A stretch of 64,000 nt of DNA. It comes from Macrostomum lignano. Its lineage: Eukaryota. Both the position numbers and the translations under genes were made by a program. Location of the stretch: positions 35,976 to 99,975 of the forward strand of contig NIVC01003394.1 in assembly GCA_002269645.1 (NCBI GenBank). The letters run 5' to 3'. The notes below the pieces were generated by a model that searched no databases, had not been told where the DNA came from, and saw only the letters and a list, made by a program, of their open reading frames with translations. Below are positions 35,653 to 47,660 of the stretch, piece after piece. How positions within the stretch are numbered: position 1 is the first letter of the stretch; every line of letters begins with the position of its first letter.

Positions 35653-38600
35653 CCACGGTGCAGATAAATGCCGCTACCTTCTCGTGGTGAGAGCGGAGAG
35701 CCGCGCTTAACTGCTGCGGCGGCCAAATGCGGCAGGACCAAGCGAGGGCAGCGAAGCGCGCGTCGGCGAGTCGAACGCCGTCGCGAGCGAAACTGGCGAG
35801 GTCGGCAACGTGGCGCCGCCCGTCGAGCTGCTGCTGCGCTGGCCCAATTGGATCTTCCGGGTGGCGCCGGGGACCATGAGGCTCACCAGCACCGAGCCCC
35901 AGCCGTACCAGAGGGCACGCTTCGGGTCGGGACGCTGAACTGCCGCACTCTCAAGGCCACATGGCGGAGAGGGCTGCTGGCGAGGCTAGCGCTCGACCTC
36001 AGCTGTGATGTCATCGCACTACAGGAGGTGTCTATCAGAGCCGACCCCGGACTTCACTGTGAGGACCTGGGCGCCGGTTGGACACTCTGGTACACCTCAG
36101 CGGATGAGCGAGGCCGTGGAGGAGTTGGAGCGCTGATCGGACCGAGGCTGCAGCAGAGCTGTCGCTGCGTCTCCCTGTCTTCTCGGCTGCTTCGGGTCGA
36201 CGTCCGGCTTCGCGGCCGGAACGCCCGCCTGTTCTGCGCGTACGCGCCGCCTGCTACCCGCTCCGATGAGGCTCAGGCCTTCTTCGAGCAACTCTCGGTG
36301 CGGGTGGAGGAGATGGCGCAACGTGACACAGTGGTCATTCTCGGAGACCTGAACGCAGTTCTGCGTAGGTCCGAGCGATCGCTGTTCGTGACAGCGCGCG
36401 AGAACGGCAACACCGGAGCGCTAGAGGACTTCCTGGAGAGACAGGACATGGTGTCGGTCAACACCAGATTCCGCAAGTCACCGGGCAGGCTCGCGACCTT
36501 CGTGGGCTGCAAGCGGAGGCGGCGGAACGCGCGCGGCCGGAACGCTACGCGGAGGCTGGCACAGCTCGACCACGTGCTTGTGCGCTTTCGTGAGCGCCGC
36601 CGCGTCACCAACTGCCGCACCATTACGCCGCTGGCTCTGCGGTCCGACCATCGGCTGCTCATATGCGACCTTCGGCTTCGGGACCCGCTCTACCGTCCGC
36701 CAAAGCGGCCACCGCGGCGCTACTACGCGCGCTCAGGGACGCCGAGACGCGACGTCGCTTTGCCGGTGCCTTTGTCACTGCGCTGGGCGACAAGCGTGGA
36801 GGAGCCGAGTACGCGGAGGTGAGCGCTGCAGTTCGAGCCGCTGCGGAGCAAGCAGTCCCGCTGATGCGACCGGCCCAGCGCGGGCAGCCAGTCTGGCAGG
36901 ACGACCCCGCGATCGACGAAGCGAGGGAAGATCTGGAGAGGCTCCGTCTGAGTGGGCGGCAAACTCGCGAGGCGGAGGAGGCTCTGGCGGCTGTCTACCT
37001 GCAGCGGCAGCAGTCCGCTGTCGATGACGCCATCCAAGCCGTCTCTGCCGCAGGGCCCGATGCCAGAGGGCGCGTGGCCTGGTCCGTCATCAACACTCTG
37101 ACGGGGCGAAAGCGGCGCATTGCGCTCAACCTGGCAGGCGACACTCCGGATGAGCGCAGGAACGAGCTGCGCGAGTTCTTCGCCGCCATTGTCAACGCGC
37201 CGCCCCCTCCGCTTCCAGAAAATCTGAGGCTGCCGCCGGAGACGCCGTTGCCGGCGGAGGAGAGCTTCAACGTTGCCCCAGTCAGCACAGCCGACGTTGT
37301 GAAGTTCGCTCGGCAGTCGCCGGGCGGCAAAGCGCTTGGTCCGGACGAGGTGCCCACCGAGGCGCTGCGGATCCACTGCGTGGCCACTGAGGTCGCCAGA
37401 GTGATGAACCACGTGCTTTCCGGTGAGGTGGCGCCAAACGAATGGACCACGGCGCACATCGTCGCCATTCCAAAGAAGCCGGGCACCACCAAGCTCGAGG
37501 AGCATCGAGGCATCTGCCTACAGTCCTGCGCCGCGAAGCTGTTCAACCGCATGCTGCTATCGCGGCTACAGCCTGTGCTGGACCCGTACCTGCGGCCTGA
37601 GCAGAACGGATTCCGGCCCCATCGCGGCACAGTGACGCAGATCCTGGCTCTTCGGCGAGTCATCGAGGAGGCGCGCATCCGCCAGTTGACCCTGATCCTG
37701 ATCTTCGTCGATTTCAGGAAGGCCTTCGACTCGGTCGTGAGGGACGCGCTCCCAGAGGTGCTCCGTGCGTACAACGTGCCAGAGCTGCTGATTTCTGCTG
37801 TCATGGCGCTGTACCACGGCACGACGGCTGCTGTCTCAACACCGGACGGCCTATCGGATTTCTTCGAGACGTCCTCCGGGGTGCTCCAGGGAGATAAGCT
37901 AGCGCCGTTCCTATTTATTCTGGTGCTTGACTGGGTGCTACGGACTGCTCTGCCTTCCAACGACGACAGCTTCCTGCTGCGGCGACGCGTGGGTCGACGC
38001 CAACCGGAGAGACGGCTCAGCGTGCTTGGCTACGCCGATGACCTCGCCCTGCTGTCCTCGACCGTCGAGGGCGCCCAACGACAGCTGGATAGGCTGGTTG
38101 CCGTTGCGGCGAGCGTCGGCCTGGTGGTCAACACGCAGAAGACCGTCGTGCTATGCGTGCCGGACGACACCGAGGCTGCAATCTTCTGCCGAGGCGCTGA
38201 CGGACAGGCGAGTGAGCTTCCAAGATGTCAGCAGTTCGTCTACCTCGGCGGTCTGGTTCCCGACGTTCGCGAGGATCTGCGGCGTCGCCGAGGACTTGCC
38301 TGGGCTGCCTTTCGTTCTATAAGGTCAGTCCTGCAGTCCGAGGCCCTACCGGACCGCCAGAGGGCGGCGCTGTTCCAGGCGGTGATCGAAACCGTCCTGT
38401 TATACAACGCCGAGACCTGGACGCTGACAGACTCGCTCGAGGCTCAAGTCGACGCGGCGCACGCTGGCCTGCTGCGCGCCGCCTTCAAGATCGGCAACGA
38501 GCGAGTCACCAACACGGCGCTCTATCATCGCGCCGGCCTGGCCCGTCCTAGCGATCTGCTGCGCCGTCGGCGACTCCAGCTGGCAGGCCACGTCATCCGC

Positions 38601-38833
38601 GCCAAGGCCTACTGTCCGGAGCCGGTGCAGGAGGTGCTGCTACTTACGTTGCAGGCACCCTACCGGCGGGGACAGGCGAGGACACGGCGCTACGTCGACT
38701 GTCTGCTGGCTGACGCCGGCGCCCCGGACTCTGCCGGCGGTGCGGCCTTTGTTCGCGCCCAAGCTTCGAAGCGTGCCATCTGACGTTGCTTTTGCGATCC
38801 GGCAGCGTACTCTGCTGCTGCTGCTGCTGCTGC
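35146..38833 (+). mobile_element. Near full-length RTE-like non-LTR retrotransposon (APE endonuclease + RT; 1-nt frameshift near 36727) including a 5' tandem array
   Basis: APE motifs GTLNCRTL, DVIALQEV, ILGDLNA, QLDHVLV, SDHR. RT motifs VDFRKAFDSV, GVLQGDKLAP, GYADD. (CTG)n tail. TSD TATGTGTGTC at 35136-35145 / 38834-38843. Confidence 0.95.
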
Positions 38834-41274
38834 TATGTGTGTCAGTGAATGACAACTGTCCTGTAACATCCAGGTGGCATGAAATCAAGAAGCTGCTTTG
38901 AACTTTGTTTAATTTTTTTTCACTTGACAAGTCGATTAATTGATTCAGTTCGATTGAACGGGGGCGATTTTCAGAATTCACACATGCAGCATTTGCAGTG
39001 CATCATCCTCAATATGAGTGTATTTTGAATTTTAACGCAGCATCAACAGAATTACGTAACAGCTATGGGTAATAAAAACATCAATATTTGATGCTAATGT
39101 TTGATGCTAATAATAAAAATTGTTGAATGTGAGCTTATTTGATTGATGCGTTTGACGTGCAGGTGCAATCACTCAGCCACCATCAGCATCATGTTGCAAA
39201 GCCTGTCTCTGAAAAGCCGGAGAATTTCAGCGTTCAGTCTGGGCTAGGATGACATTTAAGCAATCAACGAAAGCTCGCAACCCACCTGCCAATCTGCCAG
39301 AGACACCGGCATGAATTCTGCGTCAAAGGCTGGAACAATCGGGCTACTCGTTGCTGTCGGGCTGCTGAGCTGCTTGCTGACATTTTCCACTGCTGGCATT
39401 GTTAGGTTCTGGACTCGGAGTCTGATGGCATGGCCGATTTGAGTCTCAAGTTTACATATATATATATATATTTATGTGTGGGCTCCTCTCTACCTCTCTC
39501 GCTCAGTCAGGTTTTACATTCTCACTCTAGCGTTTGGTCTGGGCGTGACCCAATGAAATTTAATCAATGAAACAATTGATTATTGAAACAACAAAAAACA
39601 CAAGACAGACGAAATAGCGTTCGCAGCTTATGTGCATATGTGCATATGCGTTCGCAGCTTATACACATAGACGAACATGTGTATATGTTCGTCTGTACAG
39701 TGCACAAAATTACAGTTTTGTAATTTTACGTGTACAATATTTATTTATTTATATATTTATTTACGTGTTACGTGTACAATTTGAACTCGTAAAAATTGTT
39801 CAAATTTTGTTTGTACAGACGTGCATAAATCTGCATTTATGTGCACTGTAGTTTGGTTGACTGGAGTGTGTTAAAAATAGAATAGAATTAAAAATAGAAT
39901 AGAATTCCAACTCTTTTTCGATGCCAATCCCTACGCGCAAAAAGAATTACTGTACGTCGCTAAATGTACAAAATATTCTAAATCAAAGTCCGGTGAAAAA
40001 TAGGACAGTTGCTGTAAACTAAGGGAAACAAAGAAACAACCAGAACAAACAAGATAGTCACTTTTCCTGTTTGTATTATATATATTTTACATATATTTTA
40101 CATGTAAAAGGCAGACAACCCGCGAGGACTTGCCGTGGATTTGCCGTGAAGCCCCACTCCCAACCCGCCATTCGCTCTTTCTGAACCTAAGTGTACATGT
40201 ACATCGCCCTCGCTTGCCTGCAATCTTTAGATTGCAACTTTCGCAATAGAATATCGCGAATTTCTCAAGGTCATTTCATTTTGGATCTACTTTGTATGAA
40301 TTAGCATGCAAATCAGTGTGCCCATGCACATGCCCATGCAACGTACGAGTATAACAGTGCGCCCGTTTTACAGTGTTGGAGGTTGATCTCTTTCTCTACT
40401 GATAGTAAACAAAGCTAAAAAGCTGCACAATTGACTCTTTCCTGGGCCCATTCCCCGACTCATATTCCCCAACAGCCATTCTTTTACTTTGAATAATCCA
40501 AGTTGAATGCTTCTCACGAAGCTTTCCTGTAAGTTACTTGCTGATGTGGGCAGCTTTCGGACATGACAGGCCTCGTTAGAGTCGCTCGTACGGCTGGTGC
40601 GGTTCTCAGCCGTGTGTCCTGCAGCTCATTGATGAGCGCATCCCGAATGAAGCTGGCTGCTCCTTGGCGACTCGCCAGCAGCAGCTTCTGTTGGTGCAGA
40701 CGGTTGCCGCTCAGCTGAGCAGCTGCGGCGACAGAAGAATCCGTGAAGTGCCATGCTCAGTGCCGACTCATCGTTCGACTTGAAGCTTGGCTACACTCGA
40801 GTCTGGTTATTTGTGTTGATTTGTCTTGAAAAAACTAATAGGATAAATCTTAGGAATAATATTTGAGACGCATAGAATTTGGTTTAGTAGAAATTTATAT
40901 TTATTTATTTATTTATAATTTATAAACTTATAGTACCAATAATAAGTAGAGATTGCCATGTGAAGAACATGTGGAATAAGTTACATGAAGAATGTGTGAC
41001 ATGAAGAGTGTGTGACATGAAGAGTGACATCAAGAACAAATGAGGATGGGATGGTATTGGGACGGGATGGGATGGGATTCATTTCGTCTTTCCCAGCGGA
41101 GGTCTAGATGTTAGTTAATATTTAACAATGAAAAAGCTATCGGGAATACATACATGTACATACGAACAGCAAGAGGATAACAACAGCAAAAACAAACAAA
41201 AAACATGTAAACAAAGATAATGGGGGAGGGCAACTGTGCAAGCAGAGAAGCAACAGACAGCGGTGCTGGCAGGC

Positions 41275-41890
41275 TCACAATGAGCCGCAGCCATTCACAC
41301 CGGCCAGGCACCACAGGGCCTCCACATCTACATCCCTAGCAACTTCCGCGAGTCCGTCACCAGCCCCCTCCCACCGTTGCAGCTCAGCGACAATGTCGCC
41401 GCATCTCGGCGGCGCCGGCATCGACAGACGGCAGGCGGCCAGCAGGCAGGAGCGGCGAGGAAAGCCGAAGCTCTCGGCCAGGCAGATGGCGGTCCGGGTG
41501 CCGGCTGACAGCGGGCAGATCTTCACGATGCCAGCTGGCACAGAGCAGTTCAGGACGGCATCGAGCAGCTGGCTGAAGCAGCAGCTCTCCAGATGACGCT
41601 TGCTCCCCAGGGGGGACACGCCGCAGGAGAAGCAGGCCACCTTGTTGCTGTTGCTGCTGTTGTTGTTGCTGGCGCCATCAACAAATCCCGGTTGGCGCCA
41701 GAATCCAGCAGCTGCCAGCTCCCGATGCTCCCAATTGATGCTGCTGCTCGAGCTGCTGCTGTTGGCCAGGTAACTGCCGAATGAGCTCAAACGGTTCTCA
41801 AAGCTCAAAGCCTGCAGACAGTCGCTACGGCAGGTGACCAGCAGTAGAATGGCCAGACTCGCTGCGCTCGCATTTTGGCGGAAAAATGAA
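41275..41890 (-). CDS. IAP-like gene 6 (divergent BIR-like + UBA-like; no native ATG or RING found; may be a pseudogene)
   Basis: Motifs LSFENRLSSF...ELAAAGFW...KVACFSC-x9-H..CC and LAESFGFP...RCGDIVAEL. The only in-frame start lies inside the upstream SINE. Confidence 0.65.
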
Positions 41891-41936
41891 AGGATTGAAG
41901 GATCAAATGAAAAAAATGAATTCAGAATTTTGATTA

Positions 41937-42161
41937 GTGCAACTGCGTACGGCTGTTCAGTCCAAGGACTGGGGGGTTGCCACACACAACCTCAATTACC
42001 CCAGCTAATGCTGGCACCCATTTTACAGCTGAGTGAACTGAAGCAATGCAGAGTTAAGTGTCTTGCTCAAGGATAAATATTCCTTTGAGATGTATAGAGA
42101 ATCGAACCCCCGACCTTTCAGTCGTGAGTCCGACGCTCCTATCACTGGGCTACAACCTCCA
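41937..42161 (-). mobile_element. tRNA-derived SINE
   Basis: Reverse complement has gtagcccagtgatagg (A box-like), gggttcgattc (B box) and the shared core. Confidence 0.85.
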
Positions 42162-42629
42162 TTTCTTACGTAATAACAAAATAATGAAATATATTTTTAC
42201 TGTTTCAGCTAATATTTTATTTAATCCAGGTTAATCTTTAAAAATGTGCTAATATGCGTATCACACTACTAAATGACAAGTCTATGCATATAATTACATT
42301 CTAAAAAGGTGCTTAAGTTTGCTACCAAGCTACAAAGGAAATGTCTAATTTCATTACCAAAGTAAGAGCTCCGTGACTCGAAAGCCCTCGTACGATTTGG
42401 TCTTTGAGTATTGGAGGTCTTCTCGAACAATCTGGACCGGTTCAGACTGCTCAGAGGCATGAGGAGTTCCAGAAATCTGTGAACGCTTTTGCAGGCGTCC
42501 AGCTTTTGATGAGTCTAAAGGATGGTATTTTGTGCCAGAATATTCAGCTAAGATAAAGTGACAATGACTAAAATACTGCGGGGAGGGCGCCACGGCTACA
42601 CACACTATCTTTAAAGCTATACGTTAAAA

Positions 42630-42865
42630 ATAATTTTTTTTCTCAAGATTTTACAGAGCAAAAAATGAATGCTTGCCTTGACGATAATCGATTCAAGCAG
42701 CGTCAGTGTTCGTAGTTCCTCTTGCACTGGACAATGGATGGAATGAACAAGCTCGAGTAGCGGCATTCTGGGCAACTCGACAATCGTGTCGGCAGGTACA
42801 GCGAAAGCCATGTCAGCAGCAACTACGTGGTGAATGAATATCTTTGAAGAACTTGTAGACAGTGG
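42630..42865 (-). pseudogene. Possible remnant of a further IAP-like paralog (UBA-like segment)
   Basis: DMAFAVPADTIVELPRMPLLELVHSIHCPVQEELRTL aligns by eye to gene 2 NYAFCPADKSSDLRPGDLIQILHSLSPELVSFLREAL. Confidence 0.35.
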
Positions 42866-42868
42866 GGT

Positions 42869-42980
42869 CGTACTATAAAGCCGTCGTAGCGTAAGTTCGA
42901 TCGTAAGTCGGAACTTTTATATATACTGGGGAGATAGGAGCTAAGAACGATCTTAACTTACAAAATGGCTTTATAGAACG
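42869..42980. mobile_element. Small MITE-like inverted-repeat element
   Basis: CGTACTATAAAGCC / GGCTTTATAGAACG inverted pair. TSD not established. Confidence 0.45.
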
Positions 42981-44349
42981 GGCACAGTGCACTATACTCG
43001 TAGTTATAGAAGCTTTTGGCATAAAATTCCATGGATTTTCCGTGGCCTTGCCTTCTATTTATATTCCGAGAACATTGGCTCGTACATTCGCTTGTTAAGC
43101 TATACTCGTACAACTGTTACCGTGCAGCCGGTGAAGGAAAGAAAAAATTATTCGTACAACAATTGCGTACAATTGACACTGAACAAAACTACCTTTCATT
43201 CAAAGTAGGAACCATACAGGCTGCTCATTCTGTGCTGCTGGTAAATGAGTCATTCCTATGCAGTTTGACGGAATACGCTTCACAGACCATATAGAATATA
43301 GACTGCGAATCTTTGGGGCCTTCCCAGGCACGTTGTGGGACAAAAAAGCAACACAAAAAATGGTCCTTCCACAAAGCCCCAACTTCGATCGATATGTGGG
43401 ACAAAAAATGGGCAAGTGCAAGTTTTCAAGCTTGAAATTTACTTATTATAAAGAGTTTAAAACCACAGGGAGGCAAAATAAATGTAAATAAGATTTGAAT
43501 TGAATTGATTGAATTGAATTTAAATTAAATTGAATTGAAATTGAATTTGATTTGAATTAGAATTTCCTTGCAAAAATATCCTGCAAAAAACCAATTAAAG
43601 CATTCTTATCCATGCAGCCAGCTTCTATAGTGTATCAAAAAGGAGAAAAGCGCCAGAAAATGTGGCAACTATTGCTGTGCTCAGGGAGCTGAACAAGAAG
43701 CGCCAGCGACTAAGGGCGCGGTCAAAGTCACTGACAGAAATTGTGAAAGTACTGTAGGCAAAGAATATTGTGGATGAAGCTGCAGCATCCCGTCTGAATT
43801 AGATTCGCATTCAGCAGCTGTTAGCACAGGTATTGAGTCAAGAAAGTTATGAGCATTTTTTACATCAGAATTCGCATGAAGAAAATTGCGAAAGACATGT
43901 CGCACTTATTAAGAAAGGCAGGAAGGAGACAAAAGCTGCTGCGCACATCAATTTTTCTTAATCTGAAAGCTTGGACTTTGAAGGACATTTCGGGGTAATT
44001 TAATTTAATTTCATTACTTTTATGTATTTGGTTTTCGTGGCGTTTTATGTAAAAAATAAGAAAAAAGGTATCTCAATTGCATGTGTCCAATAGGAGCACA
44101 ATGGAAAAGAGGCCCGCCCTGTACCACATATCGATCGAGCTGGGGTGGGTGAGAGGGACCAGTTTCTTATGGGGGAAAATGGCCCACTTTTTTCTTCACT
44201 TTACTGGTCTATATTCTATATGGTCTGTGCTGCGCTTAGATGAGGCCTGTTCTCATCTCATGGCAACCACCTCCAAGATGCAGCGATAAAGGTGACTCAA
44301 CAACTCAACAATCTAAACATAACCGTACTCCGGTGCTGGCGCTCTGGTA

Positions 44350-45190
44350 CTCGAATCAAATGGCGCCCCTCACTCGAATCAAATGGCGCCCCTCACTCGA
44401 ATCAAATGGCGCCCCTCACTCGAATCAAATGGCACCAATTCACTCGAATCAAATGGCGCCCCTCACTCGAATCAAATGGCGCCCCTAACTCGAATCAAAT
44501 GGCGCCCCTCACTCGAATCAAATGGCGCCCCTCACTCGAATCAAATGGCGCCCCTCACTCGAATCAAATGGCGCCCCTCACTCGAATCAAATGGCACCAA
44601 TTCACTCGAATCAAATGGCGCCCCTCACTCGAATCAAATGGCGCCCCTCACTCGAATCAAATGGCGCCCCTCACTCGAATCAAATGGCGCCCCTCACTCG
44701 AATCAAATGGCACCAATTCACTCGAATCAAATGGCGCCCCTCACTCGAATCAAATGGCGCCCCTCACTCGAATCAAATGGCGCCCCTCACTCGAATCAAA
44801 TGGCGCCCCTCACTCGAATCAAATGGCGCCCCTCACTCGAATCAAATGGCGCCCCTCACTCGAATCAAATGGCGCCCCTCACTCGAATCAAATGGCACCA
44901 ATTCACTCAAATCAAATGGCACCAATTCACTCAAATGAAATGGCACCAATTCACTCAAATGAAATGGCACCAATTCACTCAAATGAAATGGCACCAATTC
45001 ACTCAAATGAAATGGCACCAATTCACTCAAATGAAATGGCACCAATTCACTCAAATCAAATGGCACCAATTCACTCAAATCAAATGGCACCAATTCACTC
45101 AAATCAAATGGCACCAATTCACTCAAATGAAATGGCACCAATTCACTCAAATCAAATGGCACCAATTCACTCAAATTAAATGGCGCCACT
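44350..45190 (+). repeat. 23-bp minisatellite changing from CTCACTCGAATCAAATGGCGCCC to TTCACTCAAATGAAATGGCACCAA-type units
   Basis: Directly visible, with a polar change in unit sequence. Confidence 0.95.
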
Positions 45191-45462
45191 CAATCAACAG
45201 AGCGCTTTTTCCTTCTCAAAGAAAGACTCTTGGCACTTAGATTTTGCAAATTACATTACCGAAATTAAATCATAAGTCCGTCAGAAGTGTTGAGAGTTTC
45301 TAGGAAAGTGCAATACATTTTCTGAGCTGAAGAGCACGGCTGCATGGCTTGTGTGTCGTTTGTTAGTAAAAAAACACTTGACAGAATTTATTGCAAAATT
45401 GTACTACGTATGACAGCTCCAACATGTACACATGCTTTTTCACCAATGCGGCTTGCAGTTGG

Positions 45463-46205
45463 TCAGTTAAAAAAGGCCGCAACACCCACAGATTCGTTAG
45501 GCGACCTTTCAGCAAGAATTTGAACAATTTGCACCTGCAGCAGGCTGGGGTGCACCTGGTCGGAGCATTCGTGCGCCAGCTCGATAAGGTCGCCGGCTCG
45601 ATTCGGCATTGAGCCGCCGTTCCGCATGAAGTGGCGAGTGGCGGCGAACTGCAGCAGCTCCGGGCTGAGCCCGAAGGTCTGCGCGAACTGGATTGAAGTG
45701 CTGGACTTCAGGTCTGCGTGCAGGCGCCTCAGGGCGCGGTCGAACCTGATAATCATTGATGATTGGGCTGATAATCACTGATAATCATTTGAGGTGTTGT
45801 GGCTGATAAATCACAAATTAATCAAGGCACTCTCCTGTCGTGATCAGCAGCGACATCAGCTAACAGGATTTTATCGTCGCTTCCAGCAGCCAGTCGCAGC
45901 AGTTTCTGCAGGTAGCAGCGCGGCCTCTGATGCAGGTGCTGCTGCAGCGGGTCGGAGCTCCCAGACTGCAGTCTCACTGAGCAGTGGAAGCAGATCAGTC
46001 CGCCACTTGCGTCATAAAACAGGCCGTTGGACGCGAGCTGCTCAGCAACCGCCAAGCTGTTGACCAAAGAGGCTGGACTCGAGCTGAAGCTGCTTATCCG
46101 GTCCTGATGAAGCATAATTTGAGGCTGAGTTGAGGCGGCCAGTATCAGAACGATGCAGCCTGCGGGATCAAAAGTGTTCGGTTGTTGATTTTTCAGTTGC
46201 CCCAT
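45463..46205 (-). CDS. IAP-like gene 7 (BIR-like + UBA-like) split by an 89-nt AT-rich interruption (45746-45834); no RING found
   Basis: ATG 6 nt after acceptor aaccag. Motifs HQDRISSF...LASNGLFYD...ICFHC-x14-H-x6-C, then in another frame FDRALRRL...FAQTFGLS...RAGDLIELAH. Confidence 0.7.
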
Positions 46206-46224
46206 GGTTGACTGGTTTTCATAA

Positions 46225-46480
46225 GGGGGTTGCAGCCTAGTGTGGTCAGAGCGTCCGACTCACGACCTGAAGGTCGGGGGTTCGATTCTCAATCCACTCG
46301 GAATAGTTTGTGTCCTTGCGCGATACATTCAACTCTGCCTTGCTTCAGTTCACACAGCTGTAAAATGGGTGCCAGCATTAGCTGGGGCAATTTGAGGTGT
46401 GTGTGGCGACCCCCCCCCCCCCTAGTCCTTGGCCTTCAGATGCGCCCAAATTAGGGCAGGTGTAATCAATTGTTATTAAT
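46225..46480 (+). mobile_element. tRNA-derived SINE
   Basis: A box-like tgcagcctagtgtgg, B box GGTTCGATTC, and core cacagctgtaaaatgggtgccag. Confidence 0.85.
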
Positions 46481-47384
46481 TTTAGAACTTATGAATTTAC
46501 GAGCTACTACTCAGACGCTAATTCGAGCTTGCAAATTTTGGTGGTCTTTTTCACTCCTTTGTACATTGAAAATAGCAACACACTTAATTCTGAAAATTTA
46601 CCGAATATGAAGAGCCGCTGAGCCGAGTCACCTTGGGAGAGACGATTGCAAATCTGCTGCCGCGCATTCGGGCCCAGCATCCGCACGACCGTCTTCTGCC
46701 AGTGCTGCTCCATCACTCTGCGTTGGTCTGGCCTCGATCTCTGTCTGCGTCTTACTGCTGAAGTTTAACTTTTAACTTTGGAATACTGAACTACGTAAAA
46801 ATGATATTTTTAGTTCCTTTTTTGTTAACCATACTCTGCAAGCACAGCCAGCCATTAGCAGCTGCACAGGGCGTGTGTGTGTACTTTCCAATGTACAGTC
46901 TAGCCTGGCCTTATCAGCCCCGCGCGCAGCTGAACTGAACTCTATTCGTATTTAAAGTAGGTGTAGATTTAATATGCATGGTCACGTAAGCTACTGCAAG
47001 TAGAAATAATAGAAAAGAATAAGCAAATATTTCTTTTCACTCGTACAACATTGCATTAATGCAATTTTTTCTAGAGTTATAAGCATTATTCTCATATTTA
47101 TTTGAAGCGCAAAAATTTTGCGACTGCCGACTGATGGAAGCAAAATGCAAATTGAACTACTAAGTTAAATAACGATTAGTTAACACATTGATTGATTGAG
47201 CACTCGAAAGTTCACTCCGATTGGTCACACATTGATTGAGCACTCGAGAGTTCACTCTAATTGGTCACACCTTGATTGAGCACTCAAAAGTTCACTCCGA
47301 TCGGTCACACCTGGATCGAGCACCCCCTGATAATAATCCCCAGCATTGAGTCTCAGGAATGAGCTGATAGCATCCTCAGCCTCA

Positions 47385-47660
47385 TCAGCGCGCCTTCCAG
47401 GTCCACTTGGCCCGGGGACCGTCCTGTCCGTAGTAAAACCGCTCGGGCAGGCGCATGTCCGGGGTGAGCAGGCCGGACATTCGCAGGCGATCGCGCAGCT
47501 GCTTTGTGGGCAGGTGGCAGGCGATGGCGCGGGCAATGGCCAGACGCAGCGCCCCGGCCTGGGAGGCCATGTAGGCCACATCGTCCACCCGGGTCCTGAC
47601 GCGCAGCCGGCCCTCCGGCTGTTCAGGGCTGGAGACTGTCACTGTGGCATCGATGTCAAC
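47385..47660 (-). CDS. MRPS9: Mitochondrial ribosomal protein uS9m, exon 7 (last)
   Basis: VDIDATV...SQAGALRLAIARAI...LRMSGLLTPDMRLPER...GQDGPRAKWTWKAR*. Acceptor tcgcag| at 47660. Confidence 0.92.
   Translation of the reverse strand, partial: VDIDATVTVSSPEQPEGRLRVRTRVDDVAYMASQAGALRLAIARAIACHLPTKQLRDRLRMSGLLTPDMRLPERFYYGQDGPRAKWTWKAR

Noticed and set aside
36097-38981. Antisense and alternative-frame ORFs over the RTE elements (also 26075-26655)
   Set aside because: Expected by-products of GC-rich coding sequence, with no recognisable motifs.
39170-40800. GC-rich islands at 39170-39430 and 40560-40800 as missing RING exons of gene 6
   Set aside because: All minus-strand frames I translated contain stops or lack RING ligands.
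46507-46760. Short ORF MMEQHWQKTVV... as a coding first exon of gene 7
   Set aside because: Its donor (G|gtaaat) joins the acceptor before gene 7 out of frame. At most it is a 5'-UTR exon or uORF.
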